Assembly: GCA_964016885.1 (NCBI GenBank)
Contig: OZ024752.1
Location: 43,400,001 to 43,464,000, forward strand
Length of the DNA: 64,000 bases
Direction: 5' to 3'
Source of the DNA: Eledone cirrhosa
Lineage: Eukaryota
How positions within the stretch are numbered: the first letter of the stretch is position 1; each line of letters starts with the position of its first letter. The notes below the pieces were generated by a model. It made no database searches. It worked only from the letters and a program-made list of their open reading frames with translations, and was not told the DNA's origin. Position numbers and translations under genes: made by a program. Below are positions 24,801 through 40,284 of this stretch, one piece after another.

Positions 24801-27800
24801 AGCTAAAAGAGCTCTCACTAAAATACAAATTTAGGAAAGCCCTTCAATATGTGTATGATGAAAAAGAAGACGATTTAGAGTCGTACAACATAGATGATAA
24901 CTGGAATTTCTTATGCGATACCTTACTGCAGGTTACTGATGAAACTTGTGGCTGGATCAGAGTTCCAACCAGACAGAGAGTGACATGGTGGTGGGACAGC
25001 ACGGTAGATCGGGCCATTGGAGACTAAAGACTAGCATGGAATGCTTGCAAAATTAGTGCGAGTAGAGAAGAATATACAGCCGCTAAGAGAGAAGCTAGAC
25101 GTCAGGTGTACTTAGCATGCAAGGAGGCTGCTCGACGACGTGCGCTGTTCCGTACTGCAAGGCAGTGTGTCAGTGCAAATCGGGATTAAGTCTGTCCGCA
25201 ATGATGCCGCTGTACTTTGTGTCACGAATGAGTGTTGATGAGTAGAAAAGAGGACAAAACTCTATTCCGTCAGGGAAATGGCCATGTTCGATATGCAGAA
25301 ACGGAACTGGCATAAATTATATAAAACGTACGCAAAAGATCGAGTGCGATAGCAGGCACGTAGTGGGATAGCAGGCAAACTAACAGCATATTTTGATTAT
25401 AATAAAACAAATAATAATAGTAATAATAATCGTCATTGTTCTTTTCTTCTGTGCCTTTCTTTGCCTTCTCTGTCATCTGAATAACAAAAATAAAAAGAAA
25501 AAAGAATCTTAAACATATGTTGCCTTTACAAAGTGCTGTGATCAAAGTAGCTTTTAAGCAATTTCCTAACTAACAAACAACATCAACAAAATATATACAA
25601 ATATCTTTGAATGTCAAGTCCACCAAGAGAAAATAGTCATAATGTACTTACAGATACAATGCTAGGGACTCGCATCAATGAGTTTTAGTAGAAAATGACT
25701 GACTGACTGTTGAGGGACAGAGGTGTGTTTTCAAATATTTATCAATTCACAACAAAGCCTCACAAAGCTACATCATAATGCAAACTCACAACACCCTTCT
25801 TATGCAACCTCACCAAGCAACCCCACAACCCCACAACACAACCTCACGTTCACAATTCACAACACTCAACAAGGCATTCGTTATCTAGGGTTTACAGTAA
25901 ACATAGCGAGGTAAAACACACCCAGTACACTCTGTAAAGTGGTCATTAGGTTAAGATTAAACTGAAATCATACCTCCATTGTCGTTGGCGTATATTTTCT
26001 CTAAAACTTAATTTCATTGCTTTCATTTCTATTCTTTTTCTTCTATTCCATCTAAATATGAAAAAAATTATACAGGTCATTTCGTCTTATCAAGAGGTCC
26101 ATTTAAAAAAAAAAAAAAAACCCGAGATAATACCTTAAAATAATGGTAAAAAAAGTGTTTAATTACGAAAATCCTTTGAAATAACTTCCTCGCTCTTACT
26201 GGTCATACCTGCAAAACACAAAACACTAGCGTTACAGTGAAAAGTGCAGTGCAGTGCAGTGCAGTGCAGTGCAGTGCAGTGCAGTGTAATTTAGTATGGT
26301 GCAGTTTAGTGGCACAGTACACTGTAAAACATTTAGCCAATCTCTCAGACATTTACAAATCTTTCAAGATATATATATATATATATATATATATGGGAGA
26401 GAGAGAAATTACCCTCAGTAGATCAGACAGAGGGACCAGCTATTGAGATTAACGAATATAGGGTCCAAGAGGCGATTAAGGAAATGAAAAATGGTGAGGC
26501 TGCTGGACCATCGGAGATAGTTGCTGAGATGCTGAAGGCCTCAGGGGACGTAGGCACTAAACTGGTTGCACACATCATCAATCAGGCTATATATGGCAGT
26601 GTCATACCCAAAGACTAGTGCAAAAGTAAAGGGGACGCTCTTGAGAGGAGAAATTATAGGGATATAAAACTGATGGATCAGGTTATGAAAGTGGCAGAAA
26701 GGATATTAGCACAACTAATTAGAGAAAGGGTCAAACTAGATGAGATGCAGTTTGGTTTTGTGCCTGGGAATAGTACAACAGATGCCCTCTTCTTGATGAG
26801 ACAATTACAAGAGAGGTTCTTAGAGAAAAATAAGCCACTATACTTAGCCTTTGTTGACCTAGAGAAGGCCTTTGATAGGGGTACCCCGATCTGTCATCTT
26901 ATTATTTAACCTATAAATGGGGCCCTAACAGGTACTACTACACCAGGCCAGAGCAGACCTGGGAGTTATGACAACTAAGGGGGTAACTCCACGTTCCCCA
27001 CAGTTCCTCCTGAACTTGAGCCTTGCCACTGGATGTAGTTTAATGTCATACCCAGGACAAATATATACATACATATATATATACATACACACATATATAT
27101 ATATATATATACATATATACAAATATATATATGCGTACGAAAGTGTGGTTACATGATGCCTATGCGAGATGTGCGACCCTGCATGGTAGTGAGACATGGA
27201 CAGCAACTGCAGAGGGTATGCGATGGCTGGAGAGAAATGAAGCAAGCACGCTCCGTTGGATGTGCAATGTCAATGTGCGGGAACGACCAAGCATAAACGA
27301 GTTGAGAGAGAAACTGTGTTTAAGAGGGATAAGTTGTGGTGTGCAAGAGGGGACTGAGATGGTATGGACATGTGATGCGCATGGAGGTTGAGCGCTGGGT
27401 AAAGAAGGGAGACGCAGTAGAGGAAGACCACGAAAAACATGGGTGGAGGTGGTGAGAGCCGACTTCAGATCGCTGAAACTCACCAAGGAGATGACGAAGG
27501 ACCGTGACAAGTGAAGAGATGCTTTGCTCAAGAGGACCTGTCCCACCCTTTCAAGCAGGGAAAAGCGGACGTAAAATGATGAACAGACGATGATAATGAT
27601 GCTCTCTATATATCTATCTCTCTATCAATCTATCCAGATATCTGTGCATCAGTCTATCTATTTACCTATAAACACCCTCCTCACTCCGTCTCAGGATCAC
27701 CGAGACATCACCAACAACCAACCCACGCTGTGGGAAACAGTCCTCCCCGGGGCACACCCTGGTACTTCACACCATCTGTCTGTCTCGCTGCCTAACTACC

Positions 27801-29750
27801 GAGAAATCCGGCTTCTGTGCTTGCCTAATTTGTAGGTTATTAGGCAGTTGGCAGGTTTGCGGAAGTTGGTTTTGCAAATGGTTAAAACACTTGCATCACA
27901 AAATTCAAATAGCATCACTCCTTGTTTTATCTTTCTCGTCTTTACCTAGGCCTGCATAAGTTAGTGTTACGGTTAGTGTTACTGTTAGCGTTACGGCTAG
28001 TTTTAGGGTTAATTGAGAGCAAGAAACTGCTGCTAGGTAAAGACAAGAAATTCTGCATTTACAAGCAATTTTTACAAACAGCCACAATGACAGGACGGAG
28101 ACATCGTTATGCTAGCAGGGGATTTCAATGGTCATGTTGGACAGCTCTACGATGGTTACACTGAGGTACATGTTGGGCACACTTACGGCTTAAGAAATGA
28201 AGCAGTGAAACTTCTTGAATTTTGCGATGCAATTGCACTAACCATCTACAACACTAACTTACACAAATCTGCCAACCACCTAATAACCTACAAATCAGGC
28301 AAGCACATAAGCCAGATTGACTTCTTGCTAGTTAGGCAGCGGGACAGGCAGATGGTGTCAAATACAAAGGCATACCCCGGGGAAGAATGTACCCCAAGCA
28401 AGAGACTGAATGAGACATACAGGAAGGTGTGGAAAAAAGAAAGGTCTGGAAGCTAAAAGAGCTCTCACTAAAATACAAATTTAGGAAAGCCCTTCAATAT
28501 GTGTATGATGAAAAAGAAGACGATTTAGAGTCGTACAACATAGATGATAACTGGAATTTCTTATGCGATACCTTACTGCAGGTTACTGATGAAACTTGTG
28601 GCTGGATCAGAGTTCCAACCAGACAGAGAGTGACATGGTGGTGGGACAGCACGGTAGATCGGGCCATTGGAGACTAAAGACTAGCATGGAATGCTTGCAA
28701 AATTAGTGCGAGTAGAGAAGAATATACAGCCGCTAAGAGAGAAGCTAGACGTCAGGTGTACTTAGCACGCAAGGAGGCTGCTCGACGACGTGCGCTGTTC
28801 CGTACTGCGAGGCAGTGTGTCAGTGCAAATCGGGATTAAGTCTGTCCGCAATGATGCCGCTGTACTTTGTGTCACGAATGAGTGTTGATGAGTAGAAAAG
28901 AGGACAAAACTCTATTCCGTCAGGGAAATGGCCATGTTCGATATGCAGAAATGGAACTGGCATAAATTATATAAAACGTACGCAAAAGATCGAGTGCGAT
29001 AGCAGGCACGTAGTGGGATAGCAGGCAAACTAACAGCATATTTTGATTATAATAAAACAAATAATAATAGTAATAATAATAATAATAATCGTCATTGTTC
29101 TTTTCTTCTGTGCCTTTCTTTGCCTTCTCTGTCATCTGAATAACAAAAATAAAAGAAAAAAGAATCTTAAACATATGTTGCCTTTACAAAGTGCTGTGAT
29201 CAAAGTAGCTTTTAAGCAATTTCCTAACTAACAAACAACATCAACAAAATATATACAAATATCTTTGAATGTCAAGTCCACCAAGAGAAAATAGTCATAA
29301 TGTACTTACAGATACAATGCTAGGGACTCGCATCAATGAGTTTTAGTAGAAAATGACTGACTGACTGTTGAGGGACAGAGGTGTGTTTTCAAATATTTAT
29401 CAATTCACAACAAAGCCTCACAAAGCTACATCATAATGCAAACTCACAACACCCTTCTTATGCAACCTCACCAAGCAACCCCACAACACAACCTCACGTT
29501 CACAATTCACAACACTCAACAAGGCATTCGTTATCTAGGGTTTACAGTAAACATAGCGAGGTAAAACACACCCAGTACACTCTGTAAAGTGGTCATTAGG
29601 TTAAGATTAAACTGAAATCATACCTCCATTGTCGTTGGCGTATATTTTCTCTAAAACTTAATTTCATTGCTTTCATTTCTATTCTTTTTCTTCTATTCCA
29701 TCTAAATATGAAAAAAATTATACAGGTCATTTCGTCTTATCAAGAGGTCC

Positions 29751-29788
<38 letters not shown>

Positions 29789-32700
29789 CGAGATAATACC
29801 TTAAAATAATGGTAAAAAAAGTGTTTAATTACGAAAATCCTTTGAAATAACTTCCTCGCTCTTACTGGTCATACCTGCAAAACACAAAACACTAGGGTTA
29901 CAGTGAAAAGTGCAGTGCAGTGCAGTGCAGTGCAGTGCAGTGTAATTTAGTATGGTGCAGTTTAGTGGCACAGTACACTGTAAAACATTTAGCCAATCTC
30001 TCAGACATTTACAAATCTTTCAAGATATATATATATATATATATATATGGGAGAGAGAGAAATTACCCTCAGTAGATCAGACAGAGGGACCAGCTATTGA
30101 GATTAACGAATATAGGGTCCAAGAGGCGATTAAGGAAATGAAAAATGGTGAGGCTGCTGGACCATCGGAGATAGTTGCTGAGATGCTGAAGGCCTCAGGG
30201 GACGTAGGCACTAAACTGGTTGCACACATCATCAATCAGGCTATATATGGCAGTGTCATACCCAAAGACTAGTGCAAAAGTAAAGGGGACGCTCTTGAGA
30301 GGAGAAATTATAGGGATATAAAACTGATGGATCAGGTTATGAAAGTGGCAGAAAGGATATTAGCACAACTAATTAGAGAAAGGGTCAAACTAGATGAGAT
30401 GCAGTTTGGTTTTGTGCCTGGGAATAGTACAACAGATGCCCTCTTCTTGATGAGACAATTACAAGAGAGGTTCTTAGAGAAAAATAAGCCACTATACTTA
30501 GCCTTTGTTGACCTAGAGAAGGCCTTTGATAGGGGTACCCCGATCTGTCATCTTATTATTTAACCTATAAATGGGGCCCTAACAGGTACTACTACACCAG
30601 GCCAGAGCAGACCTGGGAGTTATGACAACTAAGGGGGTAACTCCACGTTCCCCACAGTTCCTCCTGAACTTGAGCCTTGCCACTGGATGTAGTTTAATGT
30701 CATACCCAGGACAAATATATACATACATATATATATACATACACACATATATATATATATATACATATATACAAATATATATATGCGTACGAAAGTGTGG
30801 TTACATGATGCCTATGCGAGATGTGCGACCCTGCATGGTAGTGAGACATGGACAGCAACTGCAGAGGGTATGCGATGGCTGGAGAGAAATGAAGCAAGCA
30901 CGCTCCGTTGGATGTGCAATGTCAATGTGCGGGAACGACCAAGCATAAACGAGTTGAGAGAGAAACTGTGTTTAAGAGGGATAAGTTGTGGTGTGCAAGA
31001 GGGGACTGAGATGGTATGGACATGTGATGCGCATGGAGGTTGAGCGCTGGGTAAAGGGAGACGCAGTAGAGGAAGACCACGAAAAACATGGGTGGAGGTG
31101 GTGAGAGCCGACTTCAGATCGCTGAAACTCACCAAGGAGATGACGAAGGACCGTGACAAGTGAAGAGATGCTTTGCTCAAGAGGACCTGTCCCACCCTTT
31201 CAAGCAGGGAAAAGCGGACGTAAAATGATGAACAGACGATGATAATGATGCTCTCTATATATCTATCTCTCTATCAATCTATCCAGATATCTGTGCATCA
31301 GTCTATCTATTTACCTATAAACACCCTCCTCACTCCGTCTCAGGATCACCGAGACATCACCAACAACCAACCCACGCTGTGGGAAACAGTCCTCCCCGGG
31401 GCACACCCTGGTACTTCACACCATCTGTCTGTCTCGCTGCCTAACTACCGAGAAATCCGGCTTCTGTGCTTGCCTAATTTGTAGGTTATTAGGCAGTTGG
31501 CAGGTTTGCGGAAGTTGGTTTTGCAAATGGTTAAAACACTTGCATCACAAAATTCAAATAGCATCACTCCTTGTTTTATCTTTCTCGTCTTTACCTAGGC
31601 CTGCATAAGTTAGTGTTACGGTTAGTGTTACTGTTAGCGTTACGGCTAGTTTTAGGGTTAATTGAGAGCAAGAAACTGCTGCTAGGTAAAGACAAGAAAT
31701 TCTGCATTTACAAGCAATTTTTACAAACAGCCACAATGACAGGACGGAGACATCGTTATGCTAGCAGGGGATTTCAATGGTCATGTTGGACAGCTCTACG
31801 ATGGTTACACTGAGGTACATGTTGGGCACACTTACGGCTTAAGAAATGAAGCAGTGAAACTTCTTGAATTTTGCGATGCAATTGCACTAACCATCTACAA
31901 CACTAACTTACACAAATCTGCCAACCACCTAATAACCTACAAATCAGGCAAGCACATAAGCCAGATTGACTTCTTGCTAGTTAGGCAGCGGGACAGGCAG
32001 ATGGTGTCAAATACAAAGGCATACCCCGGGGAAGAATGTACCCCAAGCAAGAGACTGAATGAGACATACAGGAAGGTGTGGAAAAAAGAAAGGTCTGGAA
32101 GCTAAAAGAGCTCTCACTAAAATACAAATTTAGGAAAGCCCTTCAATATGTGTATGATGAAAAAGAAGACGATTTAGAGTCGTACAACATAGATGATAAC
32201 TGGAATTTCTTATGCGATACCTTACTGCAGGTTACTGATGAAACTTGTGGCTGGATCAGAGTTCCAACCAGACAGAGAGTGACATGGTGGTGGGACAGCA
32301 CGGTAGATCGGGCCATTGGAGACTAAAGACTAGCATGGAATGCTTGCAAAATTAGTGCGAGTAGAGAAGAATATACAGCCGCTAAGAGAGAAGCTAGACG
32401 TCAGGTGTACTTAGCATGCAAGGAGGCTGCTCGACGACGTGCGCTGTTCCGTACTGCAAGGCAGTGTGTCAGTGCAAATCGGGATTAAGTCTGTCCGCAA
32501 TGATGCCGCTGTACTTTGTGTCACGAATGAGTGTTGATGAGTAGAAAAGAGGACAAAACTCTATTCCGTCAGGGAAATGGCCATGTTCGATATGCAGAAA
32601 CGGAACTGGCATAAATTATATAAAACGTACACAAAAGATCGAGTGCGATAGCAGGCACGTAGTGGGATAGCAGGCAAACTAACAGCATATTTTGATTATA

Positions 32701-35700
32701 ATAAAACAAATAATAATAGTAATAATAATAATAATAATCGTCATTGTTCTTTTCTTCTGTGCCTTTCTTTGCCTTCTCTGTCATCTGAATAACAAAAATA
32801 AAAGAAAAAAGAATCTTAAACATATGTTGCCTTTACAAAGTGCTGTGATCAAAGTAGCTTTTAAGCAATTTCCTAACTAACAAACAACATCAACAAAATA
32901 TATACAAATATCTTTGAATGTCAAGTCCACCAAGAGAAAATAGTCATAATGTACTTACAGATACAATGCTAGGGACTCGCATCAATGAGTTTTAGTAGAA
33001 AATGACTGACTGACTGTTGAGGGACAGAGGTGTGTTTTCAAATATTTATCAATTCACAACAAAGCCTCACAAAGCTACATCATAATGCAAACTCACAACA
33101 CCCTTCTTATGCAACCTCACCAAGCAACCCCACAACCCCACAACACAACCTCACGTTCACAATTCACAACACTCAACAAGGCATTCGTTATCTAGGGTTT
33201 ACAGTAAACATAGCGAGGTAAAACACACCCAGTACACTCTGTAAAGTGGTCATTAGGTTAAGATTAAACTGAAATCATACCTCCATTGTCGTTGGCGTAT
33301 ATTTTCTCTAAAACTTAATTTCATTGCTTTCATTTCTATTCTTTTTCTTCTATTCCATCTAAATATGAAAAAAATTATACAGGTCATTTCGTCTTATCAA
33401 GAGGTCCATTTAAAAAAAAAAAAAAAACCCGAGATAATACCTTAAAATAATGGTAAAAAAAGTGTTTAATTACGAAAATCCTTTGAAATAACTTCCTCGC
33501 TCTTACTGGTCATACCTGCAAAACACAAAACACTAGGGTTACAGTGAAAAGTGCAGTGCAGTGCAGTGCAGTGCAGTGCAGTGTAATTTAGTATGGTGCA
33601 GTTTAGTGGCACAGTACACTGTAAAACATTTAGCCAATCTCTCAGACATTTACAAATCTTTCAAGATATATATATATATATATATATATGGGAGAGAGAG
33701 AAATTACCCTCAGTAGATCAGACAGAGGGACCAGCTATTGAGATTAACGAATATAGGGTCCAAGAGGCGATTAAGGAAATGAAAAATGGTGAGGCTGCTG
33801 GACCATCGGAGATAGTTGCTGAGATGCTGAAGGCCTCAGGGGACGTAGGCACTAAACTGGTTGCACACATCATCAATCAGGCTATATATGGCAGTGTCAT
33901 ACCCAAAGACTAGTGCAAAAGTAAAGGGGACGCTCTTGAGAGGAGAAATTATAGGGATATAAAACTGATGGATCAGGTTATGAAAGTGGCAGAAAGGATA
34001 TTAGCACAACTAATTAGAGAAAGGGTCAAACTAGATGAGATGCAGTTTGGTTTTGTGCCTGGGAATAGTACAACAGATGCCCTCTTCTTGATGAGACAAT
34101 TACAAGAGAGGTTCTTAGAGAAAAATAAGCCACTATACTTAGCCTTTGTTGACCTAGAGAAGGCCTTTGATAGGGGTACCCCGATCTGTCATCTTATTAT
34201 TTAACCTATAAATGGGGCCCTAACAGGTACTACTACACCAGGCCAGAGCAGACCTGGGAGTTATGACAACTAAGGGGGTAACTCCACGTTCCCCACAGTT
34301 CCTCCTGAACTTGAGCCTTGCCACTGGATGTAGTTTAATGTCATACCCAGGACAAATATATACATACATATATATATACATACACACATATATATATATA
34401 TATACATATATACAAATATATATATGCGTACGAAAGTGTGGTTACATGATGCCTATGCGAGATGTGCGACCCTGCATGGTAGTGAGACATGGACAGCAAC
34501 TGCAGAGGGTATGCGATGGCTGGAGAGAAATGAAGCAAGCACGCTCCGTTGGATGTGCAATGTCAATGTGCGGGAACGACCAAGCATAAACGAGTTGAGA
34601 GAGAAACTGTGTTTAAGAGGGATAAGTTGTGGTGTGCAAGAGGGGACTGAGATGGTATGGACATGTGATGCGCATGGAGGTTGAGCGCTGGGTAAAGGGA
34701 GACGCAGTAGAGGAAGACCACGAAAAACATGGGTGGAGGTGGTGAGAGCCGACTTCAGATCGCTGAAACTCACCAAGGAGATGACGAAGGACCGTGACAA
34801 GTGAAGAGATGCTTTGCTCAAGAGGACCTGTCCCACCCTTTCAAGCAGGGAAAAGCGGACGTAAAATGATGAACAGACGATGATAATGATGCTCTCTATA
34901 TATCTATCTCTCTATCAATCTATCCAGATATCTGTGCATCAGTCTATCTATTTACCTATAAACACCCTCCTCACTCCGTCTCAGGATCACCGAGACATCA
35001 CCAACAACCAACCCACGCTGTGGGAAACAGTCCTCCCCGGGGCACACCCTGGTACTTCACACCATCTGTCTGTCTCGCTGCCTAACTACCGAGAAATCCG
35101 GCTTCTGTGCTTGCCTAATTTGTAGGTTATTAGGCAGTTGGCAGGTTTGCGGAAGTTGGTTTTGCAAATGGTTAAAACACTTGCATCACAAAATTCAAAT
35201 AGCATCACTCCTTGTTTTATCTTTCTCGTCTTTACCTAGGCCTGCATAAGTTAGTGTTACGGTTAGTGTTACTGTTAGCGTTACGGCTAGTTTTAGGGTT
35301 AATTGAGAGCAAGAAACTGCTGCTAGGTAAAGACAAGAAATTCTGCATTTACAAGCAATTTTTACAAACAGCCACAATGACAGGACGGAGACATCGTTAT
35401 GCTAGCAGGGGATTTCAATGGTCATGTTGGACAGCTCTACGATGGTTACACTGAGGTACATGTTGGGCACACTTACGGCTTAAGAAATGAAGCAGTGAAA
35501 CTTCTTGAATTTTGCGATGCAATTGCACTAACCATCTACAACACTAACTTACACAAATCTGCCAACCACCTAATAACCTACAAATCAGGCAAGCACATAA
35601 GCCAGATTGACTTCTTGCTAGTTAGGCAGCGGGACAGGCAGATGGTGTCAAATACAAAGGCATACCCCGGGGAAGAATGTACCCCAAGCAAGAGACTGAA

Positions 35701-38700
35701 TGAGACATACAGGAAGGTGTGGAAAAAAGAAAGGTCTGGAAGCTAAAAGAGCTCTCACTAAAATACAAATTTAGGAAAGCCCTTCAATATGTGTATGATG
35801 AAAAAGAAGACGATTTAGAGTCGTACAACATAGATGATAACTGGAATTTCTTATGCGATACCTTACTGCAGGTTACTGATGAAACTTGTGGCTGGATCAG
35901 AGTTCCAACCAGACAGAGAGTGACATGGTGGTGGGACAGCACGGTAGATCGGGCCATTGGAGACTAAAGACTAGCATGGAATGCTTGCAAAATTAGTGCG
36001 AGTAGAGAAGAATATACAGCCGCTAAGAGAGAAGCTAGACGTCAGGTGTACTTAGCATGCAAGGAGGCTGCTCGACGACGTGCGCTGTTCCGTACTGCAA
36101 GGCAGTGTGTCAGTGCAAATCGGGATTAAGTCTGTCCGCAATGATGCCGCTGTACTTTGTGTCACGAATGAGTGTTGATGAGTAGAAAAGAGGACAAAAC
36201 TCTATTCCGTCAGGGAAATGGCCATGTTCGATATGCAGAAACGGAACTGGCATAAATTATATAAAACGTACACAAAAGATCGAGTGCGATAGCAGGCACG
36301 TAGTGGGATAGCAGGCAAACTAACAGCATATTTTGATTATAATAAAACAAATAATAATAGTAATAATAATAATAATAATCGTCATTGTTCTTTTCTTCTG
36401 TGCCTTTCTTTGCCTTCTCTGTCATCTGAATAACAAAAATAAAAGAAAAAAGAATCTTAAACATATGTTGCCTTTACAAAGTGCTGTGATCAAAGTAGCT
36501 TTTAAGCAATTTCCTAACTAACAAACAACATCAACAAAATATATACAAATATCTTTGAATGTCAAGTCCACCAAGAGAAAATAGTCATAATGTACTTACA
36601 GATACAATGCTAGGGACTCGCATCAATGAGTTTTAGTAGAAAATGACTGACTGACTGTTGAGGGACAGAGGTGTGTTTTCAAATATTTATCAATTCACAA
36701 CAAAGCCTCACAAAGCTACATCATAATGCAAACTCACAACACCCTTCTTATGCAACCTCACCAAGCAACCCCACAACCCCACAACACAACCTCACGTTCA
36801 CAATTCACAACACTCAACAAGGCATTCGTTATCTAGGGTTTACAGTAAACATAGCGAGGTAAAACACACCCAGTACACTCTGTAAAGTGGTCATTAGGTT
36901 AAGATTAAACTGAAATCATACCTCCATTGTCGTTGGCGTATATTTTCTCTAAAACTTAATTTCATTGCTTTCATTTCTATTCTTTTTCTTCTATTCCATC
37001 TAAATATGAAAAAAATTATACAGGTCATTTCGTCTTATCAAGAGGTCCATTTAAAAAAAAAAAAAAAACCCGAGATAATACCTTAAAATAATGGTAAAAA
37101 AAGTGTTTAATTACGAAAATCCTTTGAAATAACTTCCTCGCTCTTACTGGTCATACCTGCAAAACACAAAACACTAGGGTTACAGTGAAAAGTGCAGTGC
37201 AGTGCAGTGCAGTGCAGTGTAATTTAGTATGGTGCAGTTTAGTGGCACAGTACACTGTAAAACATTTAGCCAATCTCTCAGACATTTACAAATCTTTCAA
37301 GATATATATATATATATATATATATGGGAGAGAGAGAAATTACCCTCAGTAGATCAGACAGAGGGACCAGCTATTGAGATTAACGAATATAGGGTCCAAG
37401 AGGCGATTAAGGAAATGAAAAATGGTGAGGCTGCTGGACCATCGGAGATAGTTGCTGAGATGCTGAAGGCCTCAGGGGACGTAGGCACTAAACTGGTTGC
37501 ACACATCATCAATCAGGCTATATATGGCAGTGTCATACCCAAAGACTAGTGCAAAAGTAAAGGGGACGCTCTTGAGAGGAGAAATTATAGGGATATAAAA
37601 CTGATGGATCAGGTTATGAAAGTGGCAGAAAGGATATTAGCACAACTAATTAGAGAAAGGGTCAAACTAGATGAGATGCAGTTTGGTTTTGTGCCTGGGA
37701 ATAGTACAACAGATGCCCTCTTCTTGATGAGACAATTACAAGAGAGGTTCTTAGAGAAAAATAAGCCACTATACTTAGCCTTTGTTGACCTAGAGAAGGC
37801 CTTTGATAGGGGTACCCCGATCTGTCATCTTATTATTTAACCTATAAATGGGGCCCTAACAGGTACTACTACACCAGGCCAGAGCAGACCTGGGAGTTAT
37901 GACAACTAAGGGGGTAACTCCACGTTCCCCACAGTTCCTCCTGAACTTGAGCCTTGCCACTGGATGTAGTTTAATGTCATACCCAGGACAAATATATACA
38001 TACATATATATATACATACACACATATATATATATATATACATATATACAAATATATATATGCGTACGAAAGTGTGGTTACATGATGCCTATGCGAGATG
38101 TGCGACCCTGCATGGTAGTGAGACATGGACAGCAACTGCAGAGGGTATGCGATGGCTGGAGAGAAATGAAGCAAGCACGCTCCGTTGGATGTGCAATGTC
38201 AATGTGCGGGAACGACCAAGCATAAACGAGTTGAGAGAGAAACTGTGTTTAAGAGGGATAAGTTGTGGTGTGCAAGAGGGGACTGAGATGGTATGGACAT
38301 GTGATGCGCATGGAGGTTGAGCGCTGGGTAAAGAAGGGAGACGCAGTAGAGGAAGACCACGAAAAACATGGGTGGAGGTGGTGAGAGCCGACTTCAGATC
38401 GCTGAAACTCACCAAGGAGATGACGAAGGACCGTGACAAGTGAAGAGATGCTTTGCTCAAGAGGACCTGTCCCACCCTTTCAAGCAGGGAAAAGCGGACG
38501 TAAAATGATGAACAGACGATGATAATGATGCTCTCTATATATCTATCTCTCTATCAATCTATCCAGATATCTGTGCATCAGTCTATCTATTTACCTATAA
38601 ACACCCTCCTCACTCCGTCTCAGGATCACCGAGACATCACCAACAACCAACCCACGCTGTGGGAAACAGTCCTCCCCGGGGCACACCCTGGTACTTCACA

Positions 38701-39784
38701 CCATCTGTCTGTCTCGCTGCCTAACTACCGAGAAATCCGGCTTCTGTGCTTGCCTAATTTGTAGGTTATTAGGCAGTTGGCAGGTTTGCGGAAGTTGGTT
38801 TTGCAAATGGTTAAAACACTTGCATCACAAAATTCAAATAGCATCACTCCTTGTTTTATCTTTCTCGTCTTTACCTAGGCCTGCATAAGTTAGTGTTACG
38901 GTTAGTGTTACTGTTAGCGTTACGGCTAGTTTTAGGGTTAATTGAGAACAAGAAACTGCTGCTAGGTAAAGACAAGAAATTCTGCATTTACAAGCAATTT
39001 TTACAAACAGCCACAATGACAGGACGGAGACATCGTTATGCTAGCAGGGGATTTCAATGGTCATGTTGGACAGCTCTACGATGGTTACACTGAGGTACAT
39101 GTTGGGCACACTTACGGCTTAAGAAATGAAGCAGTGAAACTTCTTGAATTTTGCGATGCAATTGCACTAACCATCTACAACACTAACTTACACAAATCTG
39201 CCAACCACCTAATAACCTACAAATCAGGCAAGCACATAAGCCAGATTGACTTCTTGCTAGTTAGGCAGCGGGACAGGCAGATGGTGTCAAATACAAAGGC
39301 ATACCCCGGGGAAGAATGTACCCCAAGCAAGAGACTGAATGAGACATACAGGAAGGTGTGGAAAAAAGAAAGGTCTGGAAGCTAAAAGAGCTCTCACTAA
39401 AATACAAATTTAGGAAAGCCCTTCAATATGTGTATGATGAAAAAGAAGACGATTTAGAGTCGTACAACATAGATGATAACTGGAATTTCTTATGCGATAC
39501 CTTACTGCAGGTTACTGATGAAACTTGTGGCTGGATCAGAGTTCCAACCAGACAGAGAGTGACATGGTGGTGGGACAGCACGGTAGATCGGGCCATTGGA
39601 GACTAAAGACTAGCATGGAATGCTTGCAAAATTAGTGCGAGTAGAGAAGAATATACAGCCGCTAAGAGAGAAGCTAGACGTCAGGTGTACTTAGCACGCA
39701 AGGAGGCTGCTCGACGACGTGCGCTGTTCCGTACTGCGAGGCAGTGTGTCAGTGCAAATCGGGATTAAGTCTGTCCGCAATGAT

Positions 39785-40247
39785 TAAGTCTGTCCGCAAT
39801 GATTTTGTACTCAAAGACTGCTGCAGCAATATTCTCGTAAATTGCTACAAAGGTAAAGGAGATGCTCTGGACATGAGCAATTATAGAGGAATAAAGCTGA
39901 TGGATCAGGTTGTGAAAGTGGCAGAAAGGATATTAGCGCAACTAATTATAGAAAGGGTCCAACTAGATGCGATGCAGTTTGGTTATGTGCCTGGGAAAAG
40001 TGCAACAGATACCCTCTTAGCGAGACAACTACCAGAGAGGTTATTAGAAGCCACTATACTTAGCTTTTGTTGAAATAACTTCCTTTCTCTTACTGATCAT
40101 AACTGCAAAATAGAAAACAGTAGCGTTAGCGTGAACAGTACAGTGCAGTGTAGTGTAGTGTAGTGTGATTTAGTATGGTGCAGTTTAGTGGCACAGTACA
40201 CTGTAAAACATTTAGCCAATCTCTCAGACATTTACAAATATTTCAAG

Positions 40248-40284
<37 letters not shown>

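Larger units (their letters stand above)
1..39784. repeat. Macrosatellite: ~3.64 kb tandem unit, 10 full copies plus one truncated copy; probably extends left of the window
   Basis: The motif tttacaaagtgctgtgatc recurs at 1, 3649, 7293, 10929, 14565, 18234, 21885, 25525, 29183, 32832 and 36473. The ORF track repeats with the same offsets. Units differ only in microsatellite lengths, small indels and a few SNPs. Confidence 0.99.
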
